From Psammoneis japonica (Eukaryota), in contig QPGO01000048.1 of the NCBI GenBank assembly GCA_008632985.1, positions 372,001 to 436,000 on the forward strand: a stretch of 64,000 bases of DNA, written 5' to 3'. The position numbers and the translations under genes are program-made. Of the stretch, positions 38,821-52,600 are shown one piece after another; position 1 is the stretch's first letter; each line of letters opens with the position of its first letter. The notes under the pieces were generated by a model that made no database searches, had not been told where the DNA came from, and saw nothing but the letters and a program-made list of their open reading frames with translations.

Positions 38821-41800
38821 GAGGTGGTTGGCAAACCACTGCAGCAATTTCTTTGGACAATTTTTTCTGCAGCCGGCTGGCGCGTGTTAAGTTGTTGCCA
38901 CGACTTTTGCACTGTGAGGTGGTTGGCAATGCTCATGTTAAATCCTGCCACAACTTTCCTTGCCAAAGACAAATCTTTGGCACTGGATCAAACATAAAAA
39001 ATTACATGGAAAAGCTGATGGAGGCAGGGACGAGACCGTGGCAAGAAGTTCAGAAGCAAAGAGAGAAAAACACGACGTTGCTGTTTTGCCTTTTGCAGTG
39101 GACGGATGAGACGACTGTTTGCAATGACTCAATGACCCAAGGTGAGCATGATGTGTTGTTGTTTGGTGGATTTGAAAGTGACAAAGTCTTTGCTGCACAT
39201 TGACACACATGGCTCACTGACGGGGTGTTTCTCATTGGTTCTTCTTGCAGAAAACAAACACACCAACACACCAGCAGTGCATTGCATTCCACAAGACAGT
39301 GCTGCTGTTCTGCTGATTCAAAGCACAAGGCAACAACTGCACTCATGATGCATGATTGCATTGTGGCTTTGTTGGCATTCTGTGACTCACTCTGCAGTGG
39401 CCTTGTTTGCCTTCAGCTGCACAGGTTGATGAGACGATGAGAGCATTGTTGTGTTGGCATCATTTGTTGTCACTGCTGGCTGTCCACAGCGACCGTCATG
39501 CCCGTCAACAAGAATGAGAGTGCTGCATCTCGTGGGCGCATCCCTCCTCATGATGCAATGCATTTCTTCAATTTGCTATGGTGGCATTGGAGCAAAAGGG
39601 TGCCAAGGCAGTCAACCGCCGGCGACTCCTGCGGTGCACCATGTCATCGGGCATGTGTTGAAAATCCGGCAATCAAGTGGATTCTGTTTTGTTTGATTTG
39701 ATGCTGCACCACTGCATGTCATGTGACAAGGTCAGCAGACCTTCTGTGTCATGCTCTGTGCCGCCAGTGACCAATCCAGTGAATGAGTTCTCGACTCATG
39801 ATTTCCATCAGCTCACAGTTTGCAGAGATTGTTGGTGAGCTGACCAAGGTAGAAGACACAATTGCATGCCACAGAACAAGGTGCAGGTCAAGCAAGAAAC
39901 TTGCTTTGTTTCTTCTTCTCTGCCATTGGTCAAAACCCGACACGTGGGATGATGTGCAAAGGTGTCTGCACCGTGGTCGCGTTTGGTGTGTGTTCATTTA
40001 CAAGGAAATCTTTGCACAACTTCAAGATGGGTGCCGGCTGTGTGTTTGTGTGTTGGATTTTAGGCGACTGACTGGAGAGCTTCTTGCTCAATGGAGCAAA
40101 GTGATGCATGCGCATGCTGGCAGTGAGATTGATGCCTTGTTCTTTGTCGATGGAAAGCCTTGGCACATGACCCGACCCGGCAAAGGACAAGCTGCAAGAC
40201 ATTTTGCTGAAATGGTCGGGAAAAATGATGCAAACTTGATGCAATGAGCCGACTTCAATGGACATTGTGGATTCCATGGATTGAAAGTGCAACAATTGGT
40301 GCAGGCTGATGGAATGAAGCACAGTTTTCAAATGTCTTTGCATCGGCATGATGCAGTTGTGCCAGAAGCATCTGAGATGTTGGTGACCTGTGTTTCAGAA
40401 AGAACAGAGGTGGTTGGCAAACTGCTGCAGCAATTTCTTCGGACAATTTTTTCTGCAGCTGGCCGGCGTGCGTTGGGTTGTTGCCACGACTTTTGCACTG
40501 AGGTGGTCAGCAATGCTCACATTAAATCCTGCCAAAACTTTCCTTGCCAAAGACAAATCTTCGGTGCTGGATCAAATGTAAAAAACTGTGCAGAAAAGCC
40601 GATGGATGGAGGCAGGGACGAGACCGCTGTTAGAAGTTCAGAAGCAAAGAGAGAAAAACACGACATTGCTGTTTTGCCTTTTCGGTGGACGGATGAGATG
40701 ACTGTTTGCAATGACTCGACAACCCAAGGCAAGCATGATGTGTTGTTGTTTGGTGGATTTGAAAGTGACAAAGTCTTTGCTGCACATTGACACACATGGC
40801 TCACTGACCGGGTGTTTCTCATTGGTTCTTCTTGCAGAAAACAAACACACCAACACACCAGCAGCACGTTGCATTCCATGAGACAGCACTGCCATTCCGC
40901 CAATTCAAAGCACAAGGTGACAACTGCACTTGTGATGCATGATTGCATTGTGGCTTTGTTGGCATTCTGTGACTCACTCTGCAGTGGCCTTGTTTGCCTT
41001 CAGCTGCACAGGTCGATGAGACGATTAGAGCATTGTTGCACTGGTGTCATTTGTTGTTGCTGCCACTGTCCACAGCAATCGTCACACCCGTCGACGAGAA
41101 TGAGAGTGCTGCATCTTGTGGGCGCATCCCTCCTCATGATGTGATGCATTTCTTCAATTTGCCAATGGTGGCATTGGAGCAAAAGGGTGCCAAGGCAGTC
41201 AACCACCGGCAACTCCTCCTGTGGTGCACCATGTCATTGGGCACACATCAAAAATCTGGCAATCAAATGGACTCCATTTTGTTTGATTCGACACTGCGCC
41301 ACTGCATGTCATGTGACAAGGTCAGCAGACCGTCTGTGTCATGCTCTGTGCCACCAGCGACCAATCCAGTGAATGAGTTCTCGACTCATGATTTCCATCA
41401 GCTCACAGGATTTTGGCCAGCACAGTTTGCAGAGATTCTTGGTGAGCCAACCAAGGTAGAAGACACAATTGCATGCCACAGAACAAGGTTCAGGTCAAGC
41501 AAGAAACTTGCTTTGTTTCTTCTTCTCCGCTGTTGGTCAAAGCCCGACACGCAGGATGATGTGCGAAGGTGTCTGCACCGTGGTTGCATTTGGTGTGTGT
41601 TCATTTACGAGGAAATCTTTGCACAACTTCGAGATGGGTGCCAGCTGTGTGTTCATGTGCTGGATTTTAGGCAACTGACTGGAGAGCTTCTTGCTCAATG
41701 GAGCAAAGTGATGCAAGCACATGCTGGCAGTGAGATTGATGCCTTGTTCTTTGTTGACGGAAAGCCTTGGCGCGCAACCGGACCTGGCAAAGGACAAGCT

Positions 41801-41995
41801 GCAAGACATTTTGTTGAAATGATCGGGGCAAGTGATGCAAACTTGATGCAACAAGCCTCTGCTTCAATGGACATCATGGATTCCATGGATTGAAAGTGCA
41901 ACAATTGGTGCAGGCTGATGGAATGAAGCACAGTTTTCAAATGTCTTTGCATCGGCATGACGCAGTTGTGCCAGAAGCATCTGAGATGTTGATGA
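38821..41995. repeat. ~1.58-kb tandem duplication (38821-40388 / 40407-41995)
   Basis: gaggtggttggcaaac at 38821 and 40407; both copies end ...gccagaagcatctgagatgttg. Confidence 0.92.
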
Positions 41996-42500
41996 CAACC
42001 AATTGAAAGTGAATGATGACCCCAACAGGCCAGCAATTCTTGTGTGACAAAGCTTGTGGATGATCTGATTTTGTGCACCCACTGCACACTGAAGCAGAGC
42101 TTGCTGCGATGCCCCCCCCTGTGAGAGAGGGCTGCAGCTGAAGCTCAAGATTCTAAAAACAAGAAACCAAGACTTTGCATTGAAGACATCTTCCAAGAGC
42201 AGGTGACCAAATTCTCCCACTCAGACTTTTTCAGATCCCATCGCATTTTGCAAGGTGGTGGCCAGTCAAATGTGAACCACTTGTTTGAACTTTGGGACCT
42301 GCAAGTTCTTTTTTACAACCTGCTCACTTGTGCGCAAGGCAATGGCAGCCAAGTCACTGGTGCCCTTGGCATTGAGCCTCCAAGTGTTCATTGTTGTTTG
42401 TTCTCAGCAAACAACAACCTCTTGATCCATTTTCCAGGCAACTTGCACATTGATGACTGGGAGGAGGCTGACAGGGATGCGGGCTGCTTCCACCCACTGC
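41250..42500 (+). pseudogene. PIF/Harbinger-ISL2EU-like DDE transposase relic (partial duplicate at ~39680-40385)
   Basis: LALFLLLRCWSKPD, ALFFVDGKPW..GPG, FNGH.GFHG.KVQQLVQADGM, SLHRHD, IEDIF; resembles the DDE_Tnp_4 pattern (FxDG...YNGHK..H..K.Q....G...RRHD). Confidence 0.65.
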
Positions 42501-42754
42501 AACATTGCTTGGGGGATGAGTTGTTCAGTTCAGTGCAAATTTCTTTAAACTGGCTTCTTGTGTTGTTGTGCAATTGTTTCTTGCTTTGCAAGCATCATTT
42601 TGAGATGACCACCATCATGTTGTGATGGCAAATGAGCAAAAATTAAGCACTCATTCTGGAGTTGGCAGGGGCAAGCTCTCAGCCTTCCCACTGGAGAGCA
42701 GACTGGGCAACCAGGCAGCCTTGCTGACTGAGCTTGTTGGAGAGAGAAGATGGG

Positions 42755-43620
42755 GAGAGCAGCTTTGCTCTCAGGGCCAGTCTGATGGAGAAGGCAGGGG
42801 GGATGGTGAGAGCAGCCTTGCTGAATGGCGGGGGTGCAGCAGAGCTCATTCAGGGGTCAGCAGATCTGCCAAATTGCAAAGGCGGGCCCGGCACAGAGAG
42901 AGCAGCTTTGCTCTCAGGGCCAGTCTGATGGAGAAGGCAGGAGGAGATGGTGAGAGCAGCCTTGCCAAATGGTGGGGGTGCATCAGCGCTCATTCAGGGG
43001 TCAGCAGATCTGCCAAATTGCAAAGGCGGGCCCGGCACAGAGAGAGCAGCTTTGCTCTCAGGGCCAGTCTGATGGAGAAGGCAGGAGAGGAGATGGTGAG
43101 AGCAGCCTTGCTGAATGGCAGGGGTTCAGCAGCACTCATTCAGGTTTCAGCAGATCTGCCGAATTGCAAAGGCGGGCCCAGCACAGAGAGAGCAGCTTTG
43201 CTCTCAGGGCCAGTCTGATGGAGAAGGCAGGAGGAGATGGTGAGAGCAGCCTTGCTGAATGGCGGGGGTGCAGCAGCGCTCATTCAGGTTTCAGCAGATC
43301 TGCCAAATTGCAAAGGCAGGCCCAGCACAGAGAGAGCCACTTTGCTCTCAGGACCAGTCTGATGAAGAAGGCAGGAGAAGATGGTGAGAGCAGCCTTGCT
43401 GAATGGCGGGCCTGGGGGTGCAGCAGCACTCATTCAGGGGGTCAGCAGATCTGCCAAATTGCAAAGGCGGGCCCGGCACAGAGAGAGCAGCTTTGCTCTC
43501 AGGGCCAGTCTGATGGAGAAGGCAGGAGAAGATGGTGAGAGCAGCCTTGCTGAATGGCACGGGTGCAGCAGCACTCATTCAGGGGTCCGCAGATCTGCCA
43601 AATTGCAAGGGCGGGCCCAG
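42755..43620. repeat. Tandem array of ~144-bp units, about 6 copies, with degenerate flanks
   Basis: gctctcag(g/ga)cc anchors at 42767, 42910, 43054, 43200, 43344 and 43495. Confidence 0.92.
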
Positions 43621-46600
43621 TGCGGGTCTGTGTCAGCACTCGCACTGGAGTTGGCAGGGGCAAGCAGCCTTCCCATTGGAGAGCAGACTGGGCAACCAGC
43701 CTTGCTGACTGAGAGCAGCTTTGCCCAGTGCCAGTCTGACAATGGAGGAGGCAGGAGGAGATGGTGAGAGCAGCCTTGCTGAACGTCAGGCACTTTCAAG
43801 AGCAGCCAGGGCAACCTTGCTGAATGTTGGGCATGTTCAAGAGCAGACAGGGCAACCAGCCTTGCCAAGTGTGTCTGTTGGAGAGCAGACAGGGCGCATT
43901 GAGTCTTGCCAAATGGAGATGACCATGTCTGATGAAGATCTGAGGGGGGCCATCATCCAATGGCACAAGCTTGGACTCAATGCTGTGGAATGGGCTCAAG
44001 ACAACACCCATCATGCACCAGCTAGATGCACAAGAGAATGTCAACATGGTGCCAGCTGCGATTCAAATTGTGTGCTGTGTTCCCACACATCCACAATCTC
44101 CTGCTTTTGCAGGCAACTAAATTGAAACTGACAATGCAAGTCATCACCATCACATCACAACTGCTTGGCCATTTAGTCACTGCCCCTGTCCATCACTTGA
44201 GTGCTGAGAAATTTTCATCCAGCTGCTTCAGCTTCTTTTGGGTAATTTCCTCACCCAGCACATCGTGCAGGCTCTCAATCATGCACTTCTTCTCCACACA
44301 CTCATCCACACTGTCATTCTTGGTTGCCTTTTCCAAAGCATCTGCCATCTGCTTACTTTCTGCCCTGCACACTTCCTCCCTCTTCTCATCCAACTCAGCC
44401 TTTTCTGCTCATTCAAGAGTCGCACTTCCTCCTTGTTGGCCTCCAACTCCAACCTTGTCTTCTCATTCAAAAGGGCCATTTTGTTGTTTTCTTCCACCAA
44501 CATGCCTTGCTCTTGTGACTTTAGAGCTGTGTCAGCCATTGTGGTTGCTGGTGATCTGCCCTTGCTGCCCTTGCTGGCTGCACTCTTCGGGCCACTCTTT
44601 GCTGAGCATGTTGCTGCTGTCTGCTGATCTGTGAAAGCAGTGAGGTCTTGGCCATTGTGCCACACTTCTCACAGCCATGCATTCCTTCAGAAGGATGAAG
44701 AACAATGTCATGCACCATTGATCCTTCACAAGCCACTGCACTGCAGGTCACAATGCCATCTGGAGAATCCACCCCACAGTCAACAGCATCGCCACTGGCA
44801 ACTGAGCCCATCACAGCATTCATGTTGTTGAGCATTTCTTTCTCCTTGTTGGCATTGGCTTGGCTGGATGACTTCTCCTTCCACAACTCAGCCTCAAACA
44901 CCCCCTTGAGATCATGCAGATCCTGCTTGTGCAGGTTGTCAGCAGTGAGCGCTGACCCATCTTGAAGTGTTTCAGGAGGCACGCCTCAGCCAACTGGGGT
45001 GTTCACACCCACCTGCCCCTCTCCCACATGTGCTCTGTCACTCTCCACCTCAATGTTGGGGGCACCATTGATGGTTTCTTCCACCAATTTCTTGTGCCAA
45101 TGAGCGTCTCGCAATTCCTGGTGAGCGACACCACCGCCAGCAGGAAACCAGCCAAAATGATGCTGATTCTGCAAAATCTGGTTCATGCAGCTGGCAACAT
45201 TTACATGACATTCATTGACCTTGCTGCCACGAGAATGCACCTTGAATTCATTGACACAATGGATGATTGCATGCTTGAACAACACAGGTCACGCCGTGTC
45301 TTGGTTGATGGCTTCCCTGGAGTTTTTTGAAGCAACACTCCACCTCCTTGGTGGACAAGAAAGAGGTGCTCCTCATCTGTCATCTCAGAGAGACGCTTCC
45401 AATCCTTGCATCCAGCCTTCTTCTTTCCATGTTCAACACACTTGCATGGCTGCTTGAATTTGTCATCTCGGAACAGCTTCATGTCTTTAGAGTTGCCATT
45501 CATGCTTGCTGCCTCCAATGCATTTAGAATGAGCTTGCTCTTTGCATCAAGAGCAAGTGACTTTCTTGCAGCATCATCGTCAGTGTCAACAGATGCAGGA
45601 GCAGTGGTGGAAGACATCTTGTGACGCTGTCATGTGAGCATTGTTCATGCACGCCAATCGACATCAGCAGCAGCACATGGGGTGTGGTGCATGTTGATGC
45701 CACGCTGAAAATTGTTTCAGAGTTTCTGTGTGGTGGACTTGTGCTGCACTCGCATCGTGAAGACACTGCACAAGAACTCTGGAGTTTGATTGTTTTGTGG
45801 CATGCAAAAGAAGAGAGCACAAATCTGCTGCCAGAAGAAGTTGCGGGGCATTGCCGGCGAGCAGAGTTTGTGTTGCAGCAGAGTTTCTGCTGCGTGTTGC
45901 TGACCACCTCTGATCTTGGACCCTGCTGCAACTCTTCATGCAGTGGGTGCTCACACTCTCTCTGACAAACTTGCCTGTTGCCCTTGTCTCAACAATGGGA
46001 TGGCACAGCTGCGAAATTGAAAACTGGGTGGAGAGCTTTCAAATCAAAAAGCAAGGTTGAATTTTGGACTAGAGTCACAAGCTGTTCCTCAAAGTTGACT
46101 GCAAGAAGGATGACAACAACAAAGCCCACATGCCCTGACATTGTGCTGGCTGCTGCAGCAACAATTGCACACCTGCAGCAAGGGACTGAAGGCATGGTGG
46201 GAGGCGTGCTCTCTGGCCACTCTTTTGCAGCCTTTCACTGGCTGCTGCAGAGAGGGTTCCTCCCCCCTCCTTCTTGATGACATGTGGTCTGACCAGCAGA
46301 CCTCATCTCTGTCTGATGTTGTCATGACAATGCTTTTTCTTTCTTTCAATCACAGATGTGAGTGACATGCGAGTGACTCAAAAGCCGGCAGAGGCTCTGT
46401 GGTGGCTGGGCACACAAGTTTTCTGGGTCAAAGTTTGGGGCAACCTGGGTGATGCACCAGCTGAACAGAGCACAAATGTCAAATGGCACAGAGCTGTGCA
46501 ACAGCTGCTCTCCTTCACAGCTGGACAGCTTTCCTGATCAGCAATGTTGCATCAGCACCTGCCCAGATTTTCAGTGCTGGAACCTGCGTGGATTCTGTGT

Positions 46601-49578
46601 GGAGAGATTTCTGGGGGGGGGGGCAGTTTTTTGCTGAAACACCCAATGTTCCAACACCACAGACTCCAATTGTTAAAAAAAATTGGCAATGCTTGCTTCT
46701 GAAGTTTTTTTGCTCACTTGCTCAGGCTGATGTCTTCTGCCTCTGTCATGTGTGTCAAAAAGCAAGTTTGCCAAAAATCTTGACAGCCATGACCTGGCTC
46801 TCACCAGCCCCCCCCTTCTCCTGCCTCTTTTGCTCCAGCCACTTTTTTGGGGGCTTTTTGGCAACCATCATCAGGCAGGCTCAGCCACCAGGCCATGGCC
46901 CTCCTTGCAAACAGTGCAGAGAGAGACAACAGCAGGAGACTGTGTTGTCTCAAGAGCCATGGTGTTGTGACCCCCTGTTTTCAGCAGCAAATTTCAGGTC
47001 AAAATCAGCAAGTTTCAAGCTGATGTGATGACCTTCTGACAAGTCACCTGAGACAGTTTTTTTTTGTCATTAAGAGCATCTGCTTCTCACCTTGTCTCTT
47101 CTGGTGCACACACTCTCAACAGCTCTTCTCATCATCACCCTCATCATCAGTGCAGCTCAAATTGCTTGCCACTCAAAATTGTTGCTGCTGCCTCAACTTG
47201 CTCCTTGCTTGACTTTTCTCACACATTTCTGCATGCAACCACCACAGCAGCCTTAACTTCACTTCCATCCAAAGATTTCAGAGAGCAGGCTTCTGATGCA
47301 GACCGTCAATGCAACAGAAGAGGGGGTGGAAACTTCTTTTCAGCTTGTTTTCAGAGGTGACATTTGCCTCCTTGGGAGCACCAGAGGTGACCCAGCCATG
47401 CTCTTGCTGCTCCATGGTGTGCAAACCTTGTCTGCTTTTCTTTCTGTCTTTTCCCAACCAAAGCCCCTCAACACCTTTTCTCTTTTGTGTTTGCTGAGTC
47501 CACCACTGTGTGGTGGTGAGTGCTGGAACTCTTTCCTTGCAGCCAAGAGCACTTGTGGTGCTCAGCAAGATTGCAAGCATGCCTGTCTTTGTTTCACACT
47601 GGAGGATGCTTCCATTGCTGCACTTCCTGTGCTTGTCCAAAGGTGCGTGATCCCACAGCGGTTTCTTTCTCTTTATGATTGAGTGCATCTGCTCCTCACC
47701 TCTCTTGTGCACACACAAACACACACTTGTTCTTCCTCAGTTCATGCAGTTCTAATTGCTTTTGGGTTGCGATTCTCTCTGTTGCTTCTTTTTGTGTCAC
47801 TGTATCGTGCGGGACATTCAAAACCAGAGCGTGAGACACCCTTCGAAAGAAATCGCCTAAACCATTGCGTACAGATGCCCCAGTAGAACAGCCGAGTTGC
47901 CACGGTAAATGAGAGTGCCCCACAAAACTATTACATTTCCTCAAATAAAGTCTAGGATGTTGATGACAATTACTAGAGTAGCGTCGTGGACAAGTACAGT
48001 TCTGATTTATCACCGACCGTGTCGACGAGTCCACTCCCGAACTTGCAGCAAAGAAACACCCAATTGCTCTAACTTTTAATGCCCTAGCCGTACTCGCCGA
48101 CTGATTTATCCACTCTTAAACAGAAGAATCGCAACTTGCCCCAGGTAAAAATAAATGAAATGTTTTGTTTCGTGTGTCACGTAGCTTCCGAAGTTCCTTC
48201 CTACAATAACGTGCCTTTGCCGCGAATAAAATTCATGAAAAAGCTCCATGTCAGATCATTGTTCCGCGTGTTTCTAAAGAAGGCAAAAAACATGTAAATG
48301 CTTACCAGGTCGGGTTATACTTCTTGTCAAACTCCTTCTTGATGTAGGCCGCTACATCCTGTCGTGAAAACGAGTGGCAAGTGCTGGTGAGAACAAGGGG
48401 CAGACGAGACTTTCAATGACATAGTGTACGCACCTTCTCAATATTGTATCTCGACAACGCTTGAGAAGCACAGTCAACAGCGTCTTGCTGCATCTGCTCA
48501 GACACTGAATAACAAAAGGGAAACAGATGTAAGTGAGATCAAAATATAAAAAGACCGACTCAGGAAATACCGAGCAACGTACTGTCCGCATTCTTGATCA
48601 CTGCTTTCCGTTGCTCTGTCATGATACCAGGTAGTCGTCTTCGTTATGTCAAGATAGGAGGAGTGCTGTGCAGTTATGATCTCTGGAAGGAATGGGAAAC
48701 GAAACAAGTGAGGACTTCGGCAGCGAGTTTCGGGATGAACCAAGTAATGAAAATGGTACAGCGAGATGCGTCAACACGCCATCGCCACTCGCCACACTCT
48801 CACGCCCACGGCGAGAAGCGAGAAGACAGAGGCGAAGTCTCAGAATGCAGAAATATATGTTCATATATAAGTATATTTAATATCGACCCGTTGAGCTGAA
48901 TGCGTGCATTCGAAAATAAATAAAAAACAAAATTTCATAAAATTATTCAATTATATTGTTCAAAGATATCAATGATCGATCCGTTGAGATAAATCCGGGC
49001 AATATTCATTAATTAAAACATATTCAGTACATTATATAATATAGTGTACAGTATCCAGGACTTGCGCAGATCGGCTTGCGTTTGGTCTTCTCGCGAGTAG
49101 AGTCGTCAATTTTTTGGTCCTGACCCGAGTGGATGGAGTAGGTACGGTAACAGTCTCTCTCAGTATATCAGTTGGCTGTCGCACGTCGCTCTGCGGAGGT
49201 GAAAAGTTCACGATAACATCCATTTAAAGTCCACTTTCGCATGTGTTCCTTCTGACTGCCGAACGACTTTGAGTGACATGAGTTTTTAGTGACCACTGAT
49301 GTTGCGTGGCCGCACAGAGAGCGTAGCAATTCTCTAACTTTCTAAAACCTTTGCCTGATTCAACCTTTTGCAAGAATGATTGGTGATACTTATCCAAGAG
49401 GAAGAATTTGTGCATCACAAATGGAGAAGTGTTGTTGGCACTGCAGTTAGTTGAAAACTTGAAATGGAGTACGGTGGTGTAAATTATATCGTAGAATGCT
49501 CTTTATATTTTTCATGGTTTATCTTAGATACCTAAAATCTGGCGTTTCGAATATGACTTCATAGATTACTAGAAGTAC

Positions 49579-49581
<3 letters not shown>

Positions 49582-49610
<29 letters not shown>
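49582..49610. repeat. (CT)n microsatellite
   Basis: Perfect ctctctct run just downstream of the RNA polymerase stop. Confidence 0.95.
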
Positions 49611-49615
<5 letters not shown>

Positions 49616-49673
49616 ATCGTAGAGAATAGGTCCATATTAGAGTTCCATCGTGAAATGTCCAACGCCACATTAT

Positions 49674-52600
49674 CTACTGGAAAAAGTATGGAGCAGACTT
49701 CACTTCATTCAGATCCAAGCTGCCTTTCTCAGGGATGTCAGGAAACTCAATGGAGGGGTAGCGTATTTCCCATGACTCCTTGAGCTCTTCAAGCAATGGC
49801 TGTTCATACAGATGGACAAATGTATCTCGCAAAGCGGCATTCATCTCATCAATGTCACATGGGTGTGTCCAAAACGAATCGTGCACGGCAGAAAATGTCA
49901 AGCCCCTTTTGTCCATTTCAATGGCGGTAAGCATCATATGAGAAGAATCAAGAGAGTGAACGTAGTTCGGGGGAAACGCCGTCGCTTGTCGCCCTTTATG
50001 GACTGGAAGATCATCCTGCTGGTCTACCAAAACCAATTGCTGCAAGACAGTCTGTATAGTTGCCATCTTCCTTTGCCGATATGGCTGCACAACTGGAATA
50101 CCGAGCGGTGTAAACCACGATACGGGTTGGTCTTGCTGCGCAATCAGCCGGGCGCAAGTCGCAAGCCATGACATAGTCTGTCTAGCCCCACTGAACAAAT
50201 CTCCCATCACTTCCATCGTCACGGACGCAAGATAGCCGCAAGCTTCGTGCACTCTATCCTCGTTTTCAAAGACATCGTAGCCCTTGTCCTCGAGCTACGA
50301 TGCGCAAGTGAAGCAATGTTGAGACGATTTAAGGAAAGTCCAGTAAGAGAGAATGGTGATTAGCAGACATGCAAAACTTCCGTACCTTCTCCACAATCTT
50401 TTCCTGGATTTGTTTTCTGGCACCAATATACGTTACACCGTACACGCTTGTCATGACAGTGCGCTTCACTACACCACGGTCAATCAGTCCGTTTACTAAC
50501 TTTGCCGACCGATTTCGCAGCAACGAGTTTCGCTCTTCTTTGGCGAGATCATCCCATTTGGATTCGTCAATGTTAAGCACTTTAGCAGCCTCTTCAGCGA
50601 CGCGCTTCACAACTTCGTCCCTGACGCCAATGTATACATCACTCGGTTTTTCTGAGTAACATAAATTCACCGCGCTTCCTCCAGCCTTATCTCGGCCAAG
50701 TGCAGCATAATGCTGAAGACCATTGCAGGAACCATCCATATGTACAGGTAATGAGCATTTGTATGAAGGGGGGTCCCCAGAATCAATAGCATTGACAATT
50801 TCGTGGCAAGTAGCAAGCCCCTGAAATGGGTCATCTAACGTCATCCACCACTGGTTCTCTCCAAACGGATCGGCAACAGCAGCTCGAACGTTCGCCATAT
50901 TCTGATCAGTGAAATCTGCGCGACCGTCAAAGGACATCTTGTCATTGCCTGCCAGGTTTGCAAGATGGACTTTCAACCAATACAATCCGCGATCTCCCAG
51001 TGGCTTGGACTCTGCAAAGACCAACATACCTCGACACATATCAGAACCGACAGTTGAGAGATGAGGTGGAATGGGATACGCTCTCCCTCGAAAATCCATG
51101 TTGTACGGGAAATAAATCTTTTCAAACTCTTTGAACTGTTCCGCCTGATCAAGTTTCAGCACTGCCGAGCATCGCAAACTTCGAAGATCCTGAAATTGAA
51201 CGGTGGCAATCAATGAGTGAAGAATTGAAGAGATTAGGTCGCGATTGCAAGCGTCAGTCAAACCTACCATGTTCTTCTGATAGACGCGTCGGTAACGGCC
51301 AAGCTCCTCTCTGTAAGCCCTAAGCTGCTCACCTTGCCTTTTGTATTCATCGCTCTCTTTGTCATCCACCCAAGATGACCGGTCTAGATCGGAAGGCAGT
51401 GAAGGGAGTGGCAAGTCCACACGAGACGGAATATCACCCAACGCGATGTTGCTTTTCCAACATTGCTGAGCGGCATCTAAAATCTTGCGATTGATTACCC
51501 AGGGGACGCGACCTAGAGCATTAAGAGCATCGAATGCCGTCGTAAGATCGACCTCTCTCAATGCATCCTGTCGGAATCGAAATAGCAAAACGATTTAGTT
51601 ATCACCAGATTTAAACGAACCAACATTGACATATACTTCTATCCCACCTTTTGAGTATTGCAGTCTTCGGTTCGCATCAGTGAAACCTTGAGCCAACTGT
51701 ACGCACCATCAGTTGGTGCGGTCCATGGTCGAGGTGGGAGAATCATTGGTTTATACCGATCGCTCATTGCTTCGAACGATCTGGACTTGTCTTGTGTTAG
51801 CAGGTGGTAGAGCTTTTCGTGCAGCGTTATCACGCCTTGTTTCCGCCCCCACTTTGCCTTTTCGAAATCTATTTTCTTCTCGTACTGAAAAGCCTTTTCG
51901 CTCTCTTCAGCTTCATCATCGAGTGTTGCAGTGCTCAACAGTATCTCCAACAGAGCAACACCAAGTTTTATTTTGTGTCCTTCATTCCAGTATTCTCTAA
52001 TGTTGAGTATCCTTCGCGCTCGTCTATTTGCGGTGTAAACGCTTTTGTGACTCTTCCGGCCATCAGGCTTCCGTGTATCCTCGAGGAACTTTTTCAAATG
52101 AGAGGGGCCATACGTCCATGTATCTATGGCCACTTGGTCGGTTTCTTCCTCTCCTTCGTCTAGTCGTTGCTCCGTCTCCCAGTCCTGCTGCATCTTCAAT
52201 CTGGATTCCTCCAACATTTTTCTCACGGCTCTCTGGACGTTGACTTCACATTCTACAGCATTTCCGATTTGCTTCGCCAAGAAGAGGACGGATAAATTTT
52301 CACCCGCTTTCAGCATAGATTGGACAAGGGCGACATGAGCCGTGATAACAGCAAGTTTCTCTGGTTGCAGACTACAAAGGTACGGCCCGTAAGTACGTAA
52401 ACCGTTGGGTATATCGACCAGCTTTTCGAGCATGTACCTCCGTTGTTCATTTTCGATTTCTTCTTTGAGAACTTGATACCATTTCAGAACTTGTTTCTGA
52501 ACAAGGCCGAGGCTAGCAAAGTCCTTCCGATCTCTTGCATGGTTGAGGATGTTTTCGTACTTTTCTACTGATTCCTGTTGCGCCTGCACCTCAAACCAGA

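Larger units (their letters stand above)
34480..47800. mobile_element. Degenerate transposon-derived block, strongly depleted in both TpA and CpG
   Basis: Near absence of TA over ~13 kb, a DDE transposase relic, internal duplications, and only fragmentary Cys/His-rich ORFs. Confidence 0.75.

Noticed and set aside
42755..43620. CRISPR array
   Set aside because: Units are contiguous near-identical ~144-bp repeats with no unique spacers, there are no cas genes, and the context is eukaryotic.
38745..46455. Terminal inverted repeats for the Harbinger-like element
   Set aside because: Only an ~11-bp inverted match (ccaccacagag/ctctgtggtgg) and no convincing TSD.
34480..47800. CpG methylation decay as the sole cause of TG/CA excess
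   Set aside because: It explains CG loss but cannot remove TA or turn Tyr into Cys/His, and the Ngaro element keeps CG while lacking TA.
47800..49450. Possible gene fragments in the TA-normal spacer
   Set aside because: Only short, stop-interrupted ORFs with no recognisable motif.
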